From the NCBI GenBank assembly GCA_002500485.1, contig DLRJ01000072.1, positions 982 to 64,981 of the forward strand: 64,000 nt of DNA, read 5' to 3'. Below the pieces are notes generated by a model that ran no database searches, was not told the DNA's origin, and saw nothing but the letters and a program-made list of their open reading frames with translations. The position numbers and the translations under genes were made by a program. Shown piece by piece: positions 27,613 to 38,428 of the stretch. Source of the stretch: Dehalococcoidia bacterium UBA7891. GTDB lineage: Bacteria > Chloroflexota > Dehalococcoidia > Lucifugimonadales > UBA826. Each line of letters begins with the position of its first letter. Positions within the stretch are counted from its first letter, which is position 1.

Positions 27613-29277
27613 ATGGCTCTTAAACCGCAAATAAATGATGCTTCCTATGCTGAAATAATCCTATCGTCTATTAAATCCCCAAATTTTTGGAGCATCATAT
27701 TAGGGTCCGCGGGTATATTCGCAGTTCTTCTCGGGGGCTCAATTAATTTAGCCTTTGAAGGCCTCAAAGATTTATCGCTGTGGGTTTTGATGGCAGGAGC
27801 CGGACTAATATTCCTAGCACTAGTACTGTCACCAAGGGCAGTGGCAATGTTCCTTGCAGGAAGGAAAGGTAGATACGGCGTAAACGTAGCGATTATGACC
27901 CTAGCATTCTTTGTAATTCTCCTAATAGCCAATTTTTTAATGTATCAAAACCCAAATAGGATTGATGTAACCGCCACGAGGGTTTTCACTCTTTCAGAAC
28001 AAACTTATGGAATATTGGACAACCTTTCCGAAAACGATCGATCAGTGCATGCATATGCTTTTTTTGTATCTTCAGTATCCTCCGACAACCAACGACAATC
28101 AGCTGAAGACCTATTAAACGAATTTGACAGGAGATCCCACAATTTTAGTTTTTCATTTGTGGATCCAGAACTAAACAGATCAGAAGCATTGAAATATAAC
28201 GTGACAACTTACCCATCAGTTGTCTTTGAGGCAGATGATGGCAAATTTGAAGGCGTTACCCTCTTAACGGAACAAGATTTCGTTACTGGTATATTAATTT
28301 CAACAGGAACAGAGCAAAAAGCCATTTACTACCTAACTGGGCATGGTGAGACATCGGTATCTAGAGACCCCATGACCGGTGCAATTGGATTGGAAGGACT
28401 AGATCTAGCAATAGAAGGCATGCAAAGGGACAATTATTTTGTGATGCCTTTGAATTTGAAACAGTTTGAATCCGTGCCTGACGATGCTGCAGTATTAATA
28501 ATTGCAGGCCCCAAAGACAATAAAGACTTGGACGAGTCAGAGTTAACGGCAATTCTAAAATATGTCCGAGACGGCGGAAGAATATTAATGCTACTCGATC
28601 CGAATCCACCAGTAAAATTTAACGGTCTAGCCGCCCTTTACGGTATAGCGATATCCAGTGAACATGTGGTAGATGCAGTAAGCAATGTCTCAGGGAAAAT
28701 GCTCACCCCTATGGTGCAAAAGGCCAATGGGCAATTTACCACAAGTAACTCGGCCCCTGGCCTTACAATAGCTGATGACATATCAGTAACAATTTTCCCA
28801 GATTCAGCTGCGATACTCAGCCCTTCAGCTGAGGAATTTGCACTAAGGGACCATATCAAATTCACTCCACTTGGTATGACTACTCCAGCAAGTTGGCTAA
28901 CGAAGGACCCAGAAGATGTTACATATTCTTCAGAGAAACAACAGGGCCCTTTTCCTATATCGGCTGTAGTTGAGGCCACAGGAATGTATACTGACTTAGG
29001 AGCCACCCACCAACTAGCTAAAATCGTTCTATTCTCGGACTCTGATTTTGCCAGCAATAAATACTTCGCCAGCATGGATAATGCAGATATTTTCCTCAAT
29101 TCAATTAACTGGCTTGCCGATGATTTTGAGTTGATATCCATAAGGCCCAAACTACTGCCCTACAGGGAATTGGTTGTGAACAGTAGAGAAAGGGATTTCA
29201 TTAAGTGGTCCAGTTGGACACTACCTCCAACCTTCATGCTCTTCATGGCTTTGGTTGTATGGTGGAGACGTAGATAA
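27613..29277 (+). CDS. GldG-like ABC-transporter auxiliary protein
   Basis: N- and C-terminal membrane anchors flank a large extracytoplasmic domain. Its position after the GldA/F-like pair fits. GGAG lies 6 nt before ATG 27613. Confidence 0.65.
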   Translation: MALKPQINDASYAEIILSSIKSPNFWSIILGSAGIFAVLLGGSINLAFEGLKDLSLWVLMAGAGLIFLALVLSPRAVAMFLAGRKGRYGVNVAIMTLAFFVILLIANFLMYQNPNRIDVTATRVFTLSEQTYGILDNLSENDRSVHAYAFFVSSVSSDNQRQSAEDLLNEFDRRSHNFSFSFVDPELNRSEALKYNVTTYPSVVFEADDGKFEGVTLLTEQDFVTGILISTGTEQKAIYYLTGHGETSVSRDPMTGAIGLEGLDLAIEGMQRDNYFVMPLNLKQFESVPDDAAVLIIAGPKDNKDLDESELTAILKYVRDGGRILMLLDPNPPVKFNGLAALYGIAISSEHVVDAVSNVSGKMLTPMVQKANGQFTTSNSAPGLTIADDISVTIFPDSAAILSPSAEEFALRDHIKFTPLGMTTPASWLTKDPEDVTYSSEKQQGPFPISAVVEATGMYTDLGATHQLAKIVLFSDSDFASNKYFASMDNADIFLNSINWLADDFELISIRPKLLPYRELVVNSRERDFIKWSSWTLPPTFMLFMALVVWWRRR

Positions 29278-29289
29278 GAGAGATCAAAA

Positions 29290-30309
29290 TTGAATCTTAA
29301 AGCCACCGTAGCATTAATAATACTGGCAGCTGTTGCTGTTGTCGTTTACCTATTTAATCCTTTTGCCCAAGAGGATAAGAAACCTCCTCCAAAACCTTGG
29401 TTTTACCAAGTTTCGGTAGATGATATGACATCAATCCGAATCACTCACGAGGACAAGAGTGAATCATTTATCAAAACTCCTTCAGGTACCTGGGCATTTG
29501 ATTGGGATGTATTGATCCCCCCTAATCACAATAGATGGGGTGGCATTGCTTTTATCCTAGGAGGACCGCAAACGAAACGAGATCTAACCGAAACAACTAC
29601 CCTAATAGTTGACCCGTCCCAATACGGCCTCGACGATCCACACACAGTAGTTAATATCGGCCTCACTCTTAATAGGACATTGGAATTTAGACTTGGAGAC
29701 AAAACCACCAACGGCTGGCACCATTACGGTCAGATCGTGGGATTCCCTCAATTGTTTCTTATAGCCGACACGTGGGGTGAAGTGCTAGCTCGATTAGCAG
29801 TAGAACCACCCTACCCCAAATGGTATATAGAACGGCCTGCAGATCAAATCAGCGAAATAAATATTTTTCCTAAATCGGAAGATGCTAAAACCGACAAGGC
29901 TCAGCTGAACTTCAAAAGAGAAAAAGATGGGACTTGGCGAGTGATAGACTATCTCGTCGGCACGGAATCCCACTTGGTCGATGACACCAAATGGCAGAAA
30001 CTTTTACCCACAATAAAAAGCCCTTCTGGAGTTGATGTTGCGGTCCACAAAGTTCGGGACCGAGATTATTCCCAATGGGGCCTAGGAGACAACTCAGCAG
30101 CAGTAGAAATACGTTTCCAAAACACGACGGAACAAGGGACAACATACACCGACGGCTCTTTACTGCTAATTGGTGACCTTGAACCCGGCGGACAAGCCTA
30201 TTACGGAAAGTCTGAAGAAGAAGGAGTGACTCAACCAGTACTACTTTTCCCCAAACTGTGGGTAGAAACCATATTTGGGTTATACGAAAATATTCCATAC
30301 GCTGATTAA
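29290..30309 (+). CDS. DUF4340-like membrane-anchored protein
   Basis: It has a single N-terminal anchor. This position after GldG-like genes is typical of DUF4340. The call rests on context and architecture. Confidence 0.5.
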   Translation: MNLKATVALIILAAVAVVVYLFNPFAQEDKKPPPKPWFYQVSVDDMTSIRITHEDKSESFIKTPSGTWAFDWDVLIPPNHNRWGGIAFILGGPQTKRDLTETTTLIVDPSQYGLDDPHTVVNIGLTLNRTLEFRLGDKTTNGWHHYGQIVGFPQLFLIADTWGEVLARLAVEPPYPKWYIERPADQISEINIFPKSEDAKTDKAQLNFKREKDGTWRVIDYLVGTESHLVDDTKWQKLLPTIKSPSGVDVAVHKVRDRDYSQWGLGDNSAAVEIRFQNTTEQGTTYTDGSLLLIGDLEPGGQAYYGKSEEEGVTQPVLLFPKLWVETIFGLYENIPYAD

Positions 30310-30353
30310 ATTTGACTGAGTCGACCTCTTAGAATTCGGGATGGCTTTTGGTT

Positions 30354-31535
30354 ATGGATGCTGAAATTATTGCGGTCGGGACAGAACTACTTATGGGAGA
30401 GTTGGTTGATTCAAATTCGGCTTTCCTAGCATCTGAACTACCTAAATTGGGAATGTCATTAAAGATTGCTGTCAAAATCGGAGATGATATTAATGACCTT
30501 CTAAAAGGCATAGAGTCCGCATTAATTAGATCTGATGTGGTAATAACCACTGGCGGACTCGGACCAACATCTGACGACCTGACAAGAGAATCAATCGCCA
30601 AATTTTTTGAGGAAGAAATGGAAGTGGACCCGACACTTCTCAATGATTTAGAAGATAATTTTGCGCTGCGCGGCATAAAAATGCCAAACCCCAACATCAA
30701 ACAAGCTACTTTAATACCTTCATCCATTCCGCTACCTAATCCGAATGGAACCGCCCCGGGTTGGTTTGTAAATAAAGACGGGAAAATAGTAATAGCAATG
30801 CCCGGGCCTCCAATGGAATTGATTCCTATGTGGAAAAACCATGTGGTAGAAAAACTTGCAGCACTTTCAGGCGGCATTTCCATTGCAACAAAAAATATCA
30901 AAACATTCGGCCGATCTGAAGGAGAATTAGATGAAATACTGTCACATCTTTTCGGGCAAGAAAATCCTTATCTCGGTATTTATTCTAAACAAGATGGCAT
31001 ACATCTTAGAGCAATAGCAAAATCAGATACAGATTCGGAAGCCACCTCTCTAATCAGCCAAATTGAGCACCAAATCATTGAAAAAGTAGGTGCAGATTTT
31101 GTCTGGGGGCAAGATGACGACACTCCTGCAATGGTCGCCACCAGCTTCCTCCGATCAAGAAATCTTCGCCTCTGCGTCACTGAATCGTATACAGGAGGGG
31201 CCGTCTGTGGTCTCATTTCTGAATGTGAACTATTCGACGAGGTATTCTTTCAAGGATTAATAAAAACTCCCGTTAAGAAGCCAATCATTGACTATCAGGA
31301 ACCCAATCAATCCTGTAATGATTCCTGTAAAGCAGATTTACATCTTAATATATCTCCCCTATTACTTGAAGATACAAACCACAACTTTGGAACCGTACTT
31401 TTCAAAATAAGTAGTCAGCATACAACCACGTGCATATCGGGGAAATATAGGACGGGAAATTCTAGGATGAGGCAAAGAGCCTCAAATCACGCCTTAATTG
31501 AATTAATAAGATTTATTAAATCAACCTATAAATAA
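30354..31535 (+). CDS. cinA: CinA-family protein (MoCF-binding N-domain, divergent PncC-like C-domain)
   Basis: [24 protein letters not shown] and [15 protein letters not shown] in the N-domain. The C-domain has [10 protein letters not shown] but is otherwise divergent. Confidence 0.8.
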   Translation: MDAEIIAVGTELLMGELVDSNSAFLASELPKLGMSLKIAVKIGDDINDLLKGIESALIRSDVVITTGGLGPTSDDLTRESIAKFFEEEMEVDPTLLNDLEDNFALRGIKMPNPNIKQATLIPSSIPLPNPNGTAPGWFVNKDGKIVIAMPGPPMELIPMWKNHVVEKLAALSGGISIATKNIKTFGRSEGELDEILSHLFGQENPYLGIYSKQDGIHLRAIAKSDTDSEATSLISQIEHQIIEKVGADFVWGQDDDTPAMVATSFLRSRNLRLCVTESYTGGAVCGLISECELFDEVFFQGLIKTPVKKPIIDYQEPNQSCNDSCKADLHLNISPLLLEDTNHNFGTVLFKISSQHTTTCISGKYRTGNSRMRQRASNHALIELIRFIKSTYK

Positions 31536-31536
31536 T

Positions 31537-31613
<77 letters not shown>

Positions 31614-31737
31614 ACAGACAAAAAAGAATAGCATGCCAACACAAAGGCATCAATAAACTATGCCATTGTGGAATAGTTTTGATTGTATTGTTAAACTTCC
31701 CATCAGCCTATATTACAAACGAGTAGACTGGAGGAAG

Positions 31738-32544
31738 ATGTTTCAAATGACTACTATTCCTGAAGTAGCCTTGTCACCTAAAGATGTTCGGGAACTAATA
31801 CGAGGCGGCGAATTTACACGTCCCACTGCGGGTGTCGCGGCTGGTTATGTACAAGCTAATTTGGCTATTCTCCCGAAAGAGTATGCTTTTGATTTTCTGC
31901 TTTTTTGCCAAAGAAACCCTAAACCTTGTCCGTTGGTTGAAGTTTTGGAGCCTGGCCAAGTTGAAGTCTCTGTGACAGCCCCTTCAAGTGATATTAGAAC
32001 AGACGTACCCTTGTACCGTGTGTATGAAAATGGGGAAATGTCAGCAGAAATAAGTAACCTTACTGGCCTATGGAAATCTGATTTTGTCTCATTTTTGTTA
32101 GGTTGCAGCTTTTCTTTTGAATCCGCCCTAATAAATAATGGGATAAGACTTCCTCATTTTGAAACCGGCACCAACGTCTCCATGTATATAACCAACATAC
32201 CAACAGTTCCGGCAGGCCCGTTTTCTGGGCCGATGGTAGTCTCAATGAGATCAATCCCACAGGAAAAGGTGGTGAGAGCTGTTCAAGTCACATCAAGATT
32301 CCCCGGAGTGCACGGATCCCCAATCCACATTGGAGACCCGTCAGCAATTGGCATATCCAATCTATCCCAACCAGATTTTGGAGACCCCACTATAATAAAA
32401 GAGGGTGAGGTGCCAGTCTTTTGGGCTTGCGGGGTCACTCCCCAATCAGTAGCTATGTCATCAAAACCACCCATAATGGTTACACATGCCCCAGGGCATA
32501 TGTTTATAACCGATATGAAAGATGAAGATTATTCTGTCCTATAG
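31738..32544 (+). CDS. DUF1445 putative hydro-lyase (D-glutamate cyclase C-terminal-domain homologue)
   Basis: RPTAGVAAGYVQANLAILPKEYAFDFLLFCQRNPKPCPL and GSPIHIGDP..VFWACGVTPQ match the DUF1445 family as I recall it. Confidence 0.7.
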   Translation: MFQMTTIPEVALSPKDVRELIRGGEFTRPTAGVAAGYVQANLAILPKEYAFDFLLFCQRNPKPCPLVEVLEPGQVEVSVTAPSSDIRTDVPLYRVYENGEMSAEISNLTGLWKSDFVSFLLGCSFSFESALINNGIRLPHFETGTNVSMYITNIPTVPAGPFSGPMVVSMRSIPQEKVVRAVQVTSRFPGVHGSPIHIGDPSAIGISNLSQPDFGDPTIIKEGEVPVFWACGVTPQSVAMSSKPPIMVTHAPGHMFITDMKDEDYSVL

Positions 32545-32552
32545 ATATAACC

Positions 32553-33404
32553 ATGACATTAGAAGAACTCATACTTAGTCAGGATAAAAGAGGTATTTCA
32601 AAAATTAGAAATTCTCTTGCCAGAGATTTCTGTTTCGATGCTGCTAATTTCATATTAGCCAATCCAGGAAAAGTTATCATCACAACTGGATTTTACATCC
32701 TAAGTGCCGAAGCCGCTGAGACTGATGGCCCCCCTGGAGCGATCGCAATCGGGAATGCCTTGGAAGAGATAGGATATGAGGTTGTCTACGTCACAGATAA
32801 ATATTGCAGCCAAATGATGAAGGAAATTTCAACAGAAACATCCCGAGTCATTGAATTTCCCATTGGAACCCTTGGTACAAGTAAAAAAATAGCATCCCAG
32901 ATCCTGGAGGAAGAAAAGCCAGACCTTTTGATATCAATTGAAAGGTGTGCTCCAGCTACTGACGGGCTGTACAGAAACATGAGAGACATGGACATCACTA
33001 GCAATACTGCGAAAATAGACCTTCTATTTGAGACACATTACGCTAGCGTTGGTATTGGAGATGGTGGGAACGAGATCGGCTTGGGTAATCTTTATTCAGA
33101 GGTTGAAGGGTCTACAGAATTGGTTGGCTTCCCAGCAAACACCAAAACGACAAAACTGATAATAAGCAGCGTCTCAAATTGGGGTGGCTATGGATTGATC
33201 GCTGCCATTTCCATCTTGAAAGGTAAAAACCTGCTCCCTTCGGTCGAAAGCGATATCCATAACATAAAAAAAATCGTCGCCATGGGAGCAGTGGACGGCT
33301 TCAGTGGAGATAATGTTGAAAAAGTAGACGGATTCACTTTAGAGGAAAACGTCTCATTTTTGGAAAATCTCCATGATTTCGTCCAAGATTCACTTGCTCA
33401 TTAA
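32553..33404 (+). CDS. DUF4392 protein (D-glutamate cyclase N-terminal-domain homologue)
   Basis: TTGF..ETDGPPGA..IERCAP..YRNMRDMDI..GIGDGGNEIGLG, as in DUF4392. It is adjacent to the DUF1445 gene. Confidence 0.6.
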   Translation: MTLEELILSQDKRGISKIRNSLARDFCFDAANFILANPGKVIITTGFYILSAEAAETDGPPGAIAIGNALEEIGYEVVYVTDKYCSQMMKEISTETSRVIEFPIGTLGTSKKIASQILEEEKPDLLISIERCAPATDGLYRNMRDMDITSNTAKIDLLFETHYASVGIGDGGNEIGLGNLYSEVEGSTELVGFPANTKTTKLIISSVSNWGGYGLIAAISILKGKNLLPSVESDIHNIKKIVAMGAVDGFSGDNVEKVDGFTLEENVSFLENLHDFVQDSLAH

Positions 33405-33429
33405 CTCAGCCTATATATTTCAACCCGAA

Positions 33430-34059
33430 TTACAAACTGTTGCTTGTCTCTGGTACATTATTTTCTGTCCGCTTAGGGGTCTGCGTGACATTTAACGCAT
33501 CCAAGCCACGCCTTACCTGACCAAGCTGATTAGACAACTGTTCTTCTATAGAAGATAACACTTCCATAGAATAGCGATCTGCACCTTGGCGCAGCTCAGC
33601 CGCTTGGTTTTCAGCATCGCTTACCAATGCATATGCTCTACGCTGAGCCTCTTGAATGACTGTTTGGACTTCATCTTGAGCGCTTGTAACTAATGTTTGG
33701 GCCTCGCCTGAAGCTGTTGCTACAATCTCTTCACCCCTATTATTAGCCACTTTCAAGACTTCCGAATCGGAGACTTTTTCTTCTTGCTCAACTGAAGCCG
33801 CGGTTGACAACTGAACAGCAGTATTTTTTGCATCATCAACAATTCTAGATGCTTCCATCTGTGCCTGACTGATAATGCTGTCCTTTTGCGTAATTATAGT
33901 TTGAGCCTCTTGCACTCCTGATGGCATACTATTTTGTAACTCAGACAGAAGAATTCCTAGCCGATCTGCATCTATCATCGTTTTCCCACGAAAACCCGGA
34001 ACACGTGTACCACTTTTACTTACTTCAATTAGTTCATTGACAAGTTGGTTAAGATCCAT
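33430..34059 (-). CDS. coiled-coil protein of unknown function (ATPase-b/DivIVA-like heptads)
   Basis: 209 aa, Ala/Gln/Glu-rich with heptad-like repeats. It is the last gene of the rsmD-coaD transcription unit. Confidence 0.45.
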   Translation of the reverse strand: MDLNQLVNELIEVSKSGTRVPGFRGKTMIDADRLGILLSELQNSMPSGVQEAQTIITQKDSIISQAQMEASRIVDDAKNTAVQLSTAASVEQEEKVSDSEVLKVANNRGEEIVATASGEAQTLVTSAQDEVQTVIQEAQRRAYALVSDAENQAAELRQGADRYSMEVLSSIEEQLSNQLGQVRRGLDALNVTQTPKRTENNVPETSNSL

Positions 34060-34093
34060 AATTAGTAGCCTCCCTGACTTATACTAAGCAAAT

Positions 34094-34567
34094 CTAAATA
34101 CGCTCTTTAAGTGCTTCCGCAACATGAGGAGGCACTAAATTATCTATATTGGCCCCTAAGCGGGCAACTTCTTTTATCCTACTGGAATATATGAACTGGT
34201 GCTCCAATGCACTCATCATGCACACCACATCAATATCCGGCGCCAAATTTCGCCACATGAGAGCCATTTCAAACTCTTGTTCAAAATCGAATCCAGCCCT
34301 TAAACCTCGTAGTATCACCTCTGCCCCAACCTCACGGGCCACTGTAGGTGCTAAGCCTGTAAATTGAACTACTTCTACGTTAGTTATTCCGTCCAAAGAC
34401 TCTTGAAATAAGGCAACTCTTTCTTCTGTATCAAACATTAAATTCTTCGGAGGAGCCTTGTAGACTCCCACTATCACTTGATCAAAGAGACGGGATGCTC
34501 GCCTAGCAACATCAATATGTCCATTATGGGCCGGATCGAAACTTCCTGGGTAAAATGCTTTAGCCAC
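34094..34567 (-). CDS. coaD: phosphopantetheine adenylyltransferase
   Basis: AFYPGSFDPAHNGHIDV (HxGH) and the ..SSRIKE.. motif, in 157 aa. Confidence 0.92.
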   Translation of the reverse strand: MAKAFYPGSFDPAHNGHIDVARRASRLFDQVIVGVYKAPPKNLMFDTEERVALFQESLDGITNVEVVQFTGLAPTVAREVGAEVILRGLRAGFDFEQEFEMALMWRNLAPDIDVVCMMSALEHQFIYSSRIKEVARLGANIDNLVPPHVAEALKERI

Positions 34568-35114
34568 TTACAACCTCGTATATAGTTATTTTAGAATCCC
34601 CATAGCTTTTGTTGTTAATTCTATTCATATTACCGTAAAAAGAGTCTAAATCCAGGTTGGATCTATGCTCTGCCACCACCTTGCCTCCATCATTGACGAA
34701 CCCAGACTTTCCAACTTCACACATCACCCTATCCCAATCATCAAGTTCAAAGGGGGGGTCCAAAAAGACCATGTCATATCCCCCCTCCGATTGCTCAACA
34801 AACCTATAAGATTCGCTTTGATGCACCTTTCCCACTTTATCCAGATCCATAATTTTCAAATTATTTGATATCAACCTGCAATTTCGTCCAACTTTTTCAA
34901 CAAAATCACATTTCACGGCTCCACGACTTATGGCTTCTATTCCCAGAGCCCCAGTACAGGAATAAAGATCCAGCACTCTACTATCCGTCACAGTATCTCC
35001 CAACATTGAGAAGAGTGCCAATTTCACCTTTTGCGTGGTTGGCCTGACACCCTTACCTTTGGTGGGAGAACCTATGGACCTCCCTTTTAGGTAACCTCCC
35101 GATATCTTTATCAC
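34560..35114 (-). CDS. rsmD: 16S rRNA (guanine966-N2)-methyltransferase
   Basis: IISGGYLKGR.., VLDLYSCTGALGIEAISRG and FLDPPF (the DPPY-type motif). It overlaps coaD. Confidence 0.88.
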   Translation of the reverse strand: MIKISGGYLKGRSIGSPTKGKGVRPTTQKVKLALFSMLGDTVTDSRVLDLYSCTGALGIEAISRGAVKCDFVEKVGRNCRLISNNLKIMDLDKVGKVHQSESYRFVEQSEGGYDMVFLDPPFELDDWDRVMCEVGKSGFVNDGGKVVAEHRSNLDLDSFYGNMNRINNKSYGDSKITIYEVVSG

Positions 35115-35331
35115 CTAGACGGATCCTTAAGTCATCTAAAATTGAACCCACTCACTGGATGGTAACAATTCACAACTAGTTCGCAAAGCAAAATATGTGC
35201 TTTTTTAGAGGCAATATTTGTAAGAAATTTTCAGACCTCTAATATTTAATCAATTTTATGTTTTACATGTACTTTTGGCGCAGTTAAAATTAGTTTTCAA
35301 GTTAAAACATTTTAGGAAAAAGGGGTCAGAA

Positions 35332-36825
35332 TTGTCCCAACAAAACGAACAAGAATTTATGAAAGTGAGGATTGAGAAAACAGCTTCCCTTCGACAAAAA
35401 GGTATAGACCCATACCCAACCAATTATAAAAGGACACATACTAGTAAAAAAGCCGAGGAAGCATTCGAATCAGCTGAAAAATCGAATACGGAATTCAATA
35501 AAATTATAAAAGTAGCTGGCAGAATAATGGGGCGCCGAGGAATGGGGAAAGCTTCTTTCATAGACCTTTCCGACACAGACGGCCGGATACAAATTATAAT
35601 GCGAAGCAACGTTCTCAATGAGCGCTACGAAATATTAAATGACCTAGATATAGGAGACTGGATTGGGGCAGAAGGCACTTTATTTCGGACAAGAACTGGC
35701 CAAATCACTCTTCAAGTGGAAAGTTTCTCGATCCTATGCAAATCACTAAGACCACTTCCAGAAAAATGGCATGGCCTGACAGACTTAGAAACAAGGTTTC
35801 GCCAGCGGTATTTGGATTTAATTTCAAATGAGGATGCAGTTAAAACTGCCAAGAAGCGTAGTTTATTAGTCAGCACCATTAGGCAATTTATGTCAAACAG
35901 GGGCTTTATCGAAGTAGAAACTCCGATGTTAGTCCCGATTGCAGCTGGGGGTATGGCACATCCGTTTACAACTCACCACAACGCTTTAAATAGAGATCTT
36001 TTCCTGAGGATTGCAACAGAACTACATTTGAAGCGCCTGATCGTTGGAGGTATCGAAAAGGTTTTTGAAATCGGTCGCGTTTTCAGAAATGAGGGAGTAG
36101 ATCTACAACACAACCCTGAGTTCACAACTATGGAAAGCTATGAAGCATTTTCTGACTATAATGATGTTATGGTGATGGTAGAACAATTAGTCTCCACAGC
36201 TGCTAAAACTTTGAATGGGTCGGAAACAGTCACATATGGGGATGAAGAATTAAAATTCTCTCCTCCTTGGCCACGAATTGACCTGCGCGAAAAAATAATT
36301 GACGTTAGCGGAATAGACTTCTTTGAACACTCAGACGTTGATTCTCTTAAAACAGCGATGGGTAAAGCTGGTGTGGACGTAAGTCAACAAGTTAGTTGGA
36401 GTGGCCTTCTTGATAAATTGATCTCAGACAAGGTAGAACCCACCTTGGTCCAGCCATGTTTCCTAGTGAATTACCCGGTGGCCATGTCACCTTTAGCAAA
36501 AAAATCGCCTACCGATGAAAGAATCGCCGAAAGATTTGAAGGATTCGTATGTGGCATGGAAATATGTAATGCCTTCACAGAACTGAATGATCCAATTGAC
36601 CAGCGAGCGAGGTTTGAAGAACAAGAGATGCTTCGACAAGAGTTCCAAGACGAGGAAATGGACAGACTAGATGAAGATTTCCTTGTCGCTATCGAACACG
36701 GTATGCCACCCACGGGGGGGCTTGGCATTGGTATTGACAGGCTTACGATGCTTCTCACAAACAACCTATCTATTAGAGAAGTAATCCTGTTTCCTCAATT
36801 AAGAAGTGACCGAGTGGAAGGTTGA
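35332..36825 (+). CDS. lysS: lysine--tRNA ligase, class II
   Basis: RQRYLDLI, FIEVETPML, FRNEGVD..HNPEFT (motif 2) and GLGIGIDRL (motif 3). TTG 35332 has AAGGGG 6 nt upstream and gives a normal length. Confidence 0.9.
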   Translation: MSQQNEQEFMKVRIEKTASLRQKGIDPYPTNYKRTHTSKKAEEAFESAEKSNTEFNKIIKVAGRIMGRRGMGKASFIDLSDTDGRIQIIMRSNVLNERYEILNDLDIGDWIGAEGTLFRTRTGQITLQVESFSILCKSLRPLPEKWHGLTDLETRFRQRYLDLISNEDAVKTAKKRSLLVSTIRQFMSNRGFIEVETPMLVPIAAGGMAHPFTTHHNALNRDLFLRIATELHLKRLIVGGIEKVFEIGRVFRNEGVDLQHNPEFTTMESYEAFSDYNDVMVMVEQLVSTAAKTLNGSETVTYGDEELKFSPPWPRIDLREKIIDVSGIDFFEHSDVDSLKTAMGKAGVDVSQQVSWSGLLDKLISDKVEPTLVQPCFLVNYPVAMSPLAKKSPTDERIAERFEGFVCGMEICNAFTELNDPIDQRARFEEQEMLRQEFQDEEMDRLDEDFLVAIEHGMPPTGGLGIGIDRLTMLLTNNLSIREVILFPQLRSDRVEG

Positions 36826-36832
36826 TAAAAAA

Positions 36833-38428
36833 ATGTCTGATTACACAGCCGATCTCATAATCATTAACGCAAACATACATACTGTAAATAGTAAGGTTCC
36901 ACATGCGCAGAGTTTTGCCGTAAAGAACGGTAGATTTGTATCAGTTGGTACAAATTCAGATACTCAAATGCTAAGCGGTCCAAATACTGAAATATTGGAT
37001 TTGACAGGGTATACAGTTGTACCTGGTTTCATTGATGCTCATATACATGTCCTCAGTAGCGGTTCTCGCCACATCATGGCAGCAGATTGCGATCTACGTA
37101 GCATCTCAGACGTTCAGGACGCTCTAAAAAGACGGTCAGAAAAAACTGAGTCTGGTAACTGGGTACAGGGGTTCAAATATGACGATACTAAGACTGAAGA
37201 AAATAGATTTTTAACAACTTCAGACTTAGACAAAGTCAGCACGGAATTACCTATATTTGTGTCTCACAGAGCGGGCCATGTTTACTACGCCAACAGTAAA
37301 GCTCTATCTCTTGCAGGATATACCGATGATTCGGACGATCCTCATGGGGGGAGATTGGGAAGAGACCCAAATACTGGAAAACTAAATGGAGTGATTTATG
37401 AAAGGGCGGTGGAGGCATTCAGAGAATTACTACCTACTGTAGACGCTGAAGACCGACGCAGGGGACTCAAATTAATAAATGGAATGCTCAGCGAAGTAGG
37501 ATTAACTAGCGTTCATGATGCAAGCGTATCCAACGATGAATTCGTAACCTACCAGGAAGGTCTAGAAAATGGAGACTTGGATCTCAGGGTTTACATGCTT
37601 ATGGCCAAAGCCCACTTCCCTGCCCTCAGGGATGCTGGAATACGAACAGGGTTCGGAAACGATCGCTTAAAAGTTGGTGGCATCAAAATGGTTTCTGATG
37701 GGGCGATAGCAGCGAGGACCGCCTACCTGTCTCAACCATACATAGGTTCCGACTATGATGATTGTGGCATACAAGCAATGAGTCGGGAAGAGATAAGTGA
37801 ATCTGTTAAAGAAATGCATTCGGAAGGCTTTCAGGTGTGCATACATGCTAATGGAGACCTTGCAATATCTATGGTATTAGACGCGTATGAGGAAGCATTG
37901 AAGAAGTTTCCAAGAGCTAACCCAAGGCACCGAATAGAGCACTGTACCCTTGTTAATCCAGAAATTTTAACGCGAATGAACAAAACGGGAACCATAGCCA
38001 CCCCTTTCTGCACTTACGTTTATTATCATGGAGAAAAAATGCAGTTTTACGGTGATGAAAGGTTAGAGTGGATGTTCGCACAAAAATCTTTCATGGAATA
38101 TGGCGTTACGTCCACCGGTGCTACTGATTACCCTCCAGGACCGTATGAGCCGTTATTAGGTATTCAAAGTTGTGTTACTAGAACCGACATAAATGGAACT
38201 CTGTGGGGGCCAAGCCAAAAGATATCTGCCAAGGATGCCTTGCGCATTTACACATTAAACGGGGCATATGCTTCATTTGAAGAATCTCATAAAGGTTCGA
38301 TTGAACCGGGTAAATTAGCCGATTTTGTGGTACTTGAAGAAGACATATTGGATGTGGACCCTTTCTCGATCAAAGATATCAAGGTTATAAAGACTGTGGT
38401 AGGAGGCAAACCTACTTACGAAATTTAG
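36833..38428 (+). CDS. amidohydrolase-3 family metal-dependent hydrolase (YtcJ-like)
   Basis: VPGFIDAHIHV, HANGD and HRIEHCTL, the metal ligands of the TIM-barrel amidohydrolase family. ATG 36833 follows the lysS stop. Confidence 0.8.
   Translation: MSDYTADLIIINANIHTVNSKVPHAQSFAVKNGRFVSVGTNSDTQMLSGPNTEILDLTGYTVVPGFIDAHIHVLSSGSRHIMAADCDLRSISDVQDALKRRSEKTESGNWVQGFKYDDTKTEENRFLTTSDLDKVSTELPIFVSHRAGHVYYANSKALSLAGYTDDSDDPHGGRLGRDPNTGKLNGVIYERAVEAFRELLPTVDAEDRRRGLKLINGMLSEVGLTSVHDASVSNDEFVTYQEGLENGDLDLRVYMLMAKAHFPALRDAGIRTGFGNDRLKVGGIKMVSDGAIAARTAYLSQPYIGSDYDDCGIQAMSREEISESVKEMHSEGFQVCIHANGDLAISMVLDAYEEALKKFPRANPRHRIEHCTLVNPEILTRMNKTGTIATPFCTYVYYHGEKMQFYGDERLEWMFAQKSFMEYGVTSTGATDYPPGPYEPLLGIQSCVTRTDINGTLWGPSQKISAKDALRIYTLNGAYASFEESHKGSIEPGKLADFVVLEEDILDVDPFSIKDIKVIKTVVGGKPTYEI

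Noticed and set aside
28638-29150. 170-aa minus-strand ORF (and similarly 30329..30901, 190 aa)
   Set aside because: Both are antisense to the GldG-like and cinA genes respectively. Neither has motifs, and both have shadow-frame composition.
35115-35331. Looked for T-box leaders upstream of lysS, and of glyQS at 63392..63571
   Set aside because: There is no GGTGGTACCGCG-type T-box core or terminator/antiterminator pair in either spacer.
38425-38428. Convergent amidohydrolase and ileS stop codons overlap (TTAG)
   Set aside because: This is a real but trivial consequence of compact gene packing. No regulatory implication can be supported.
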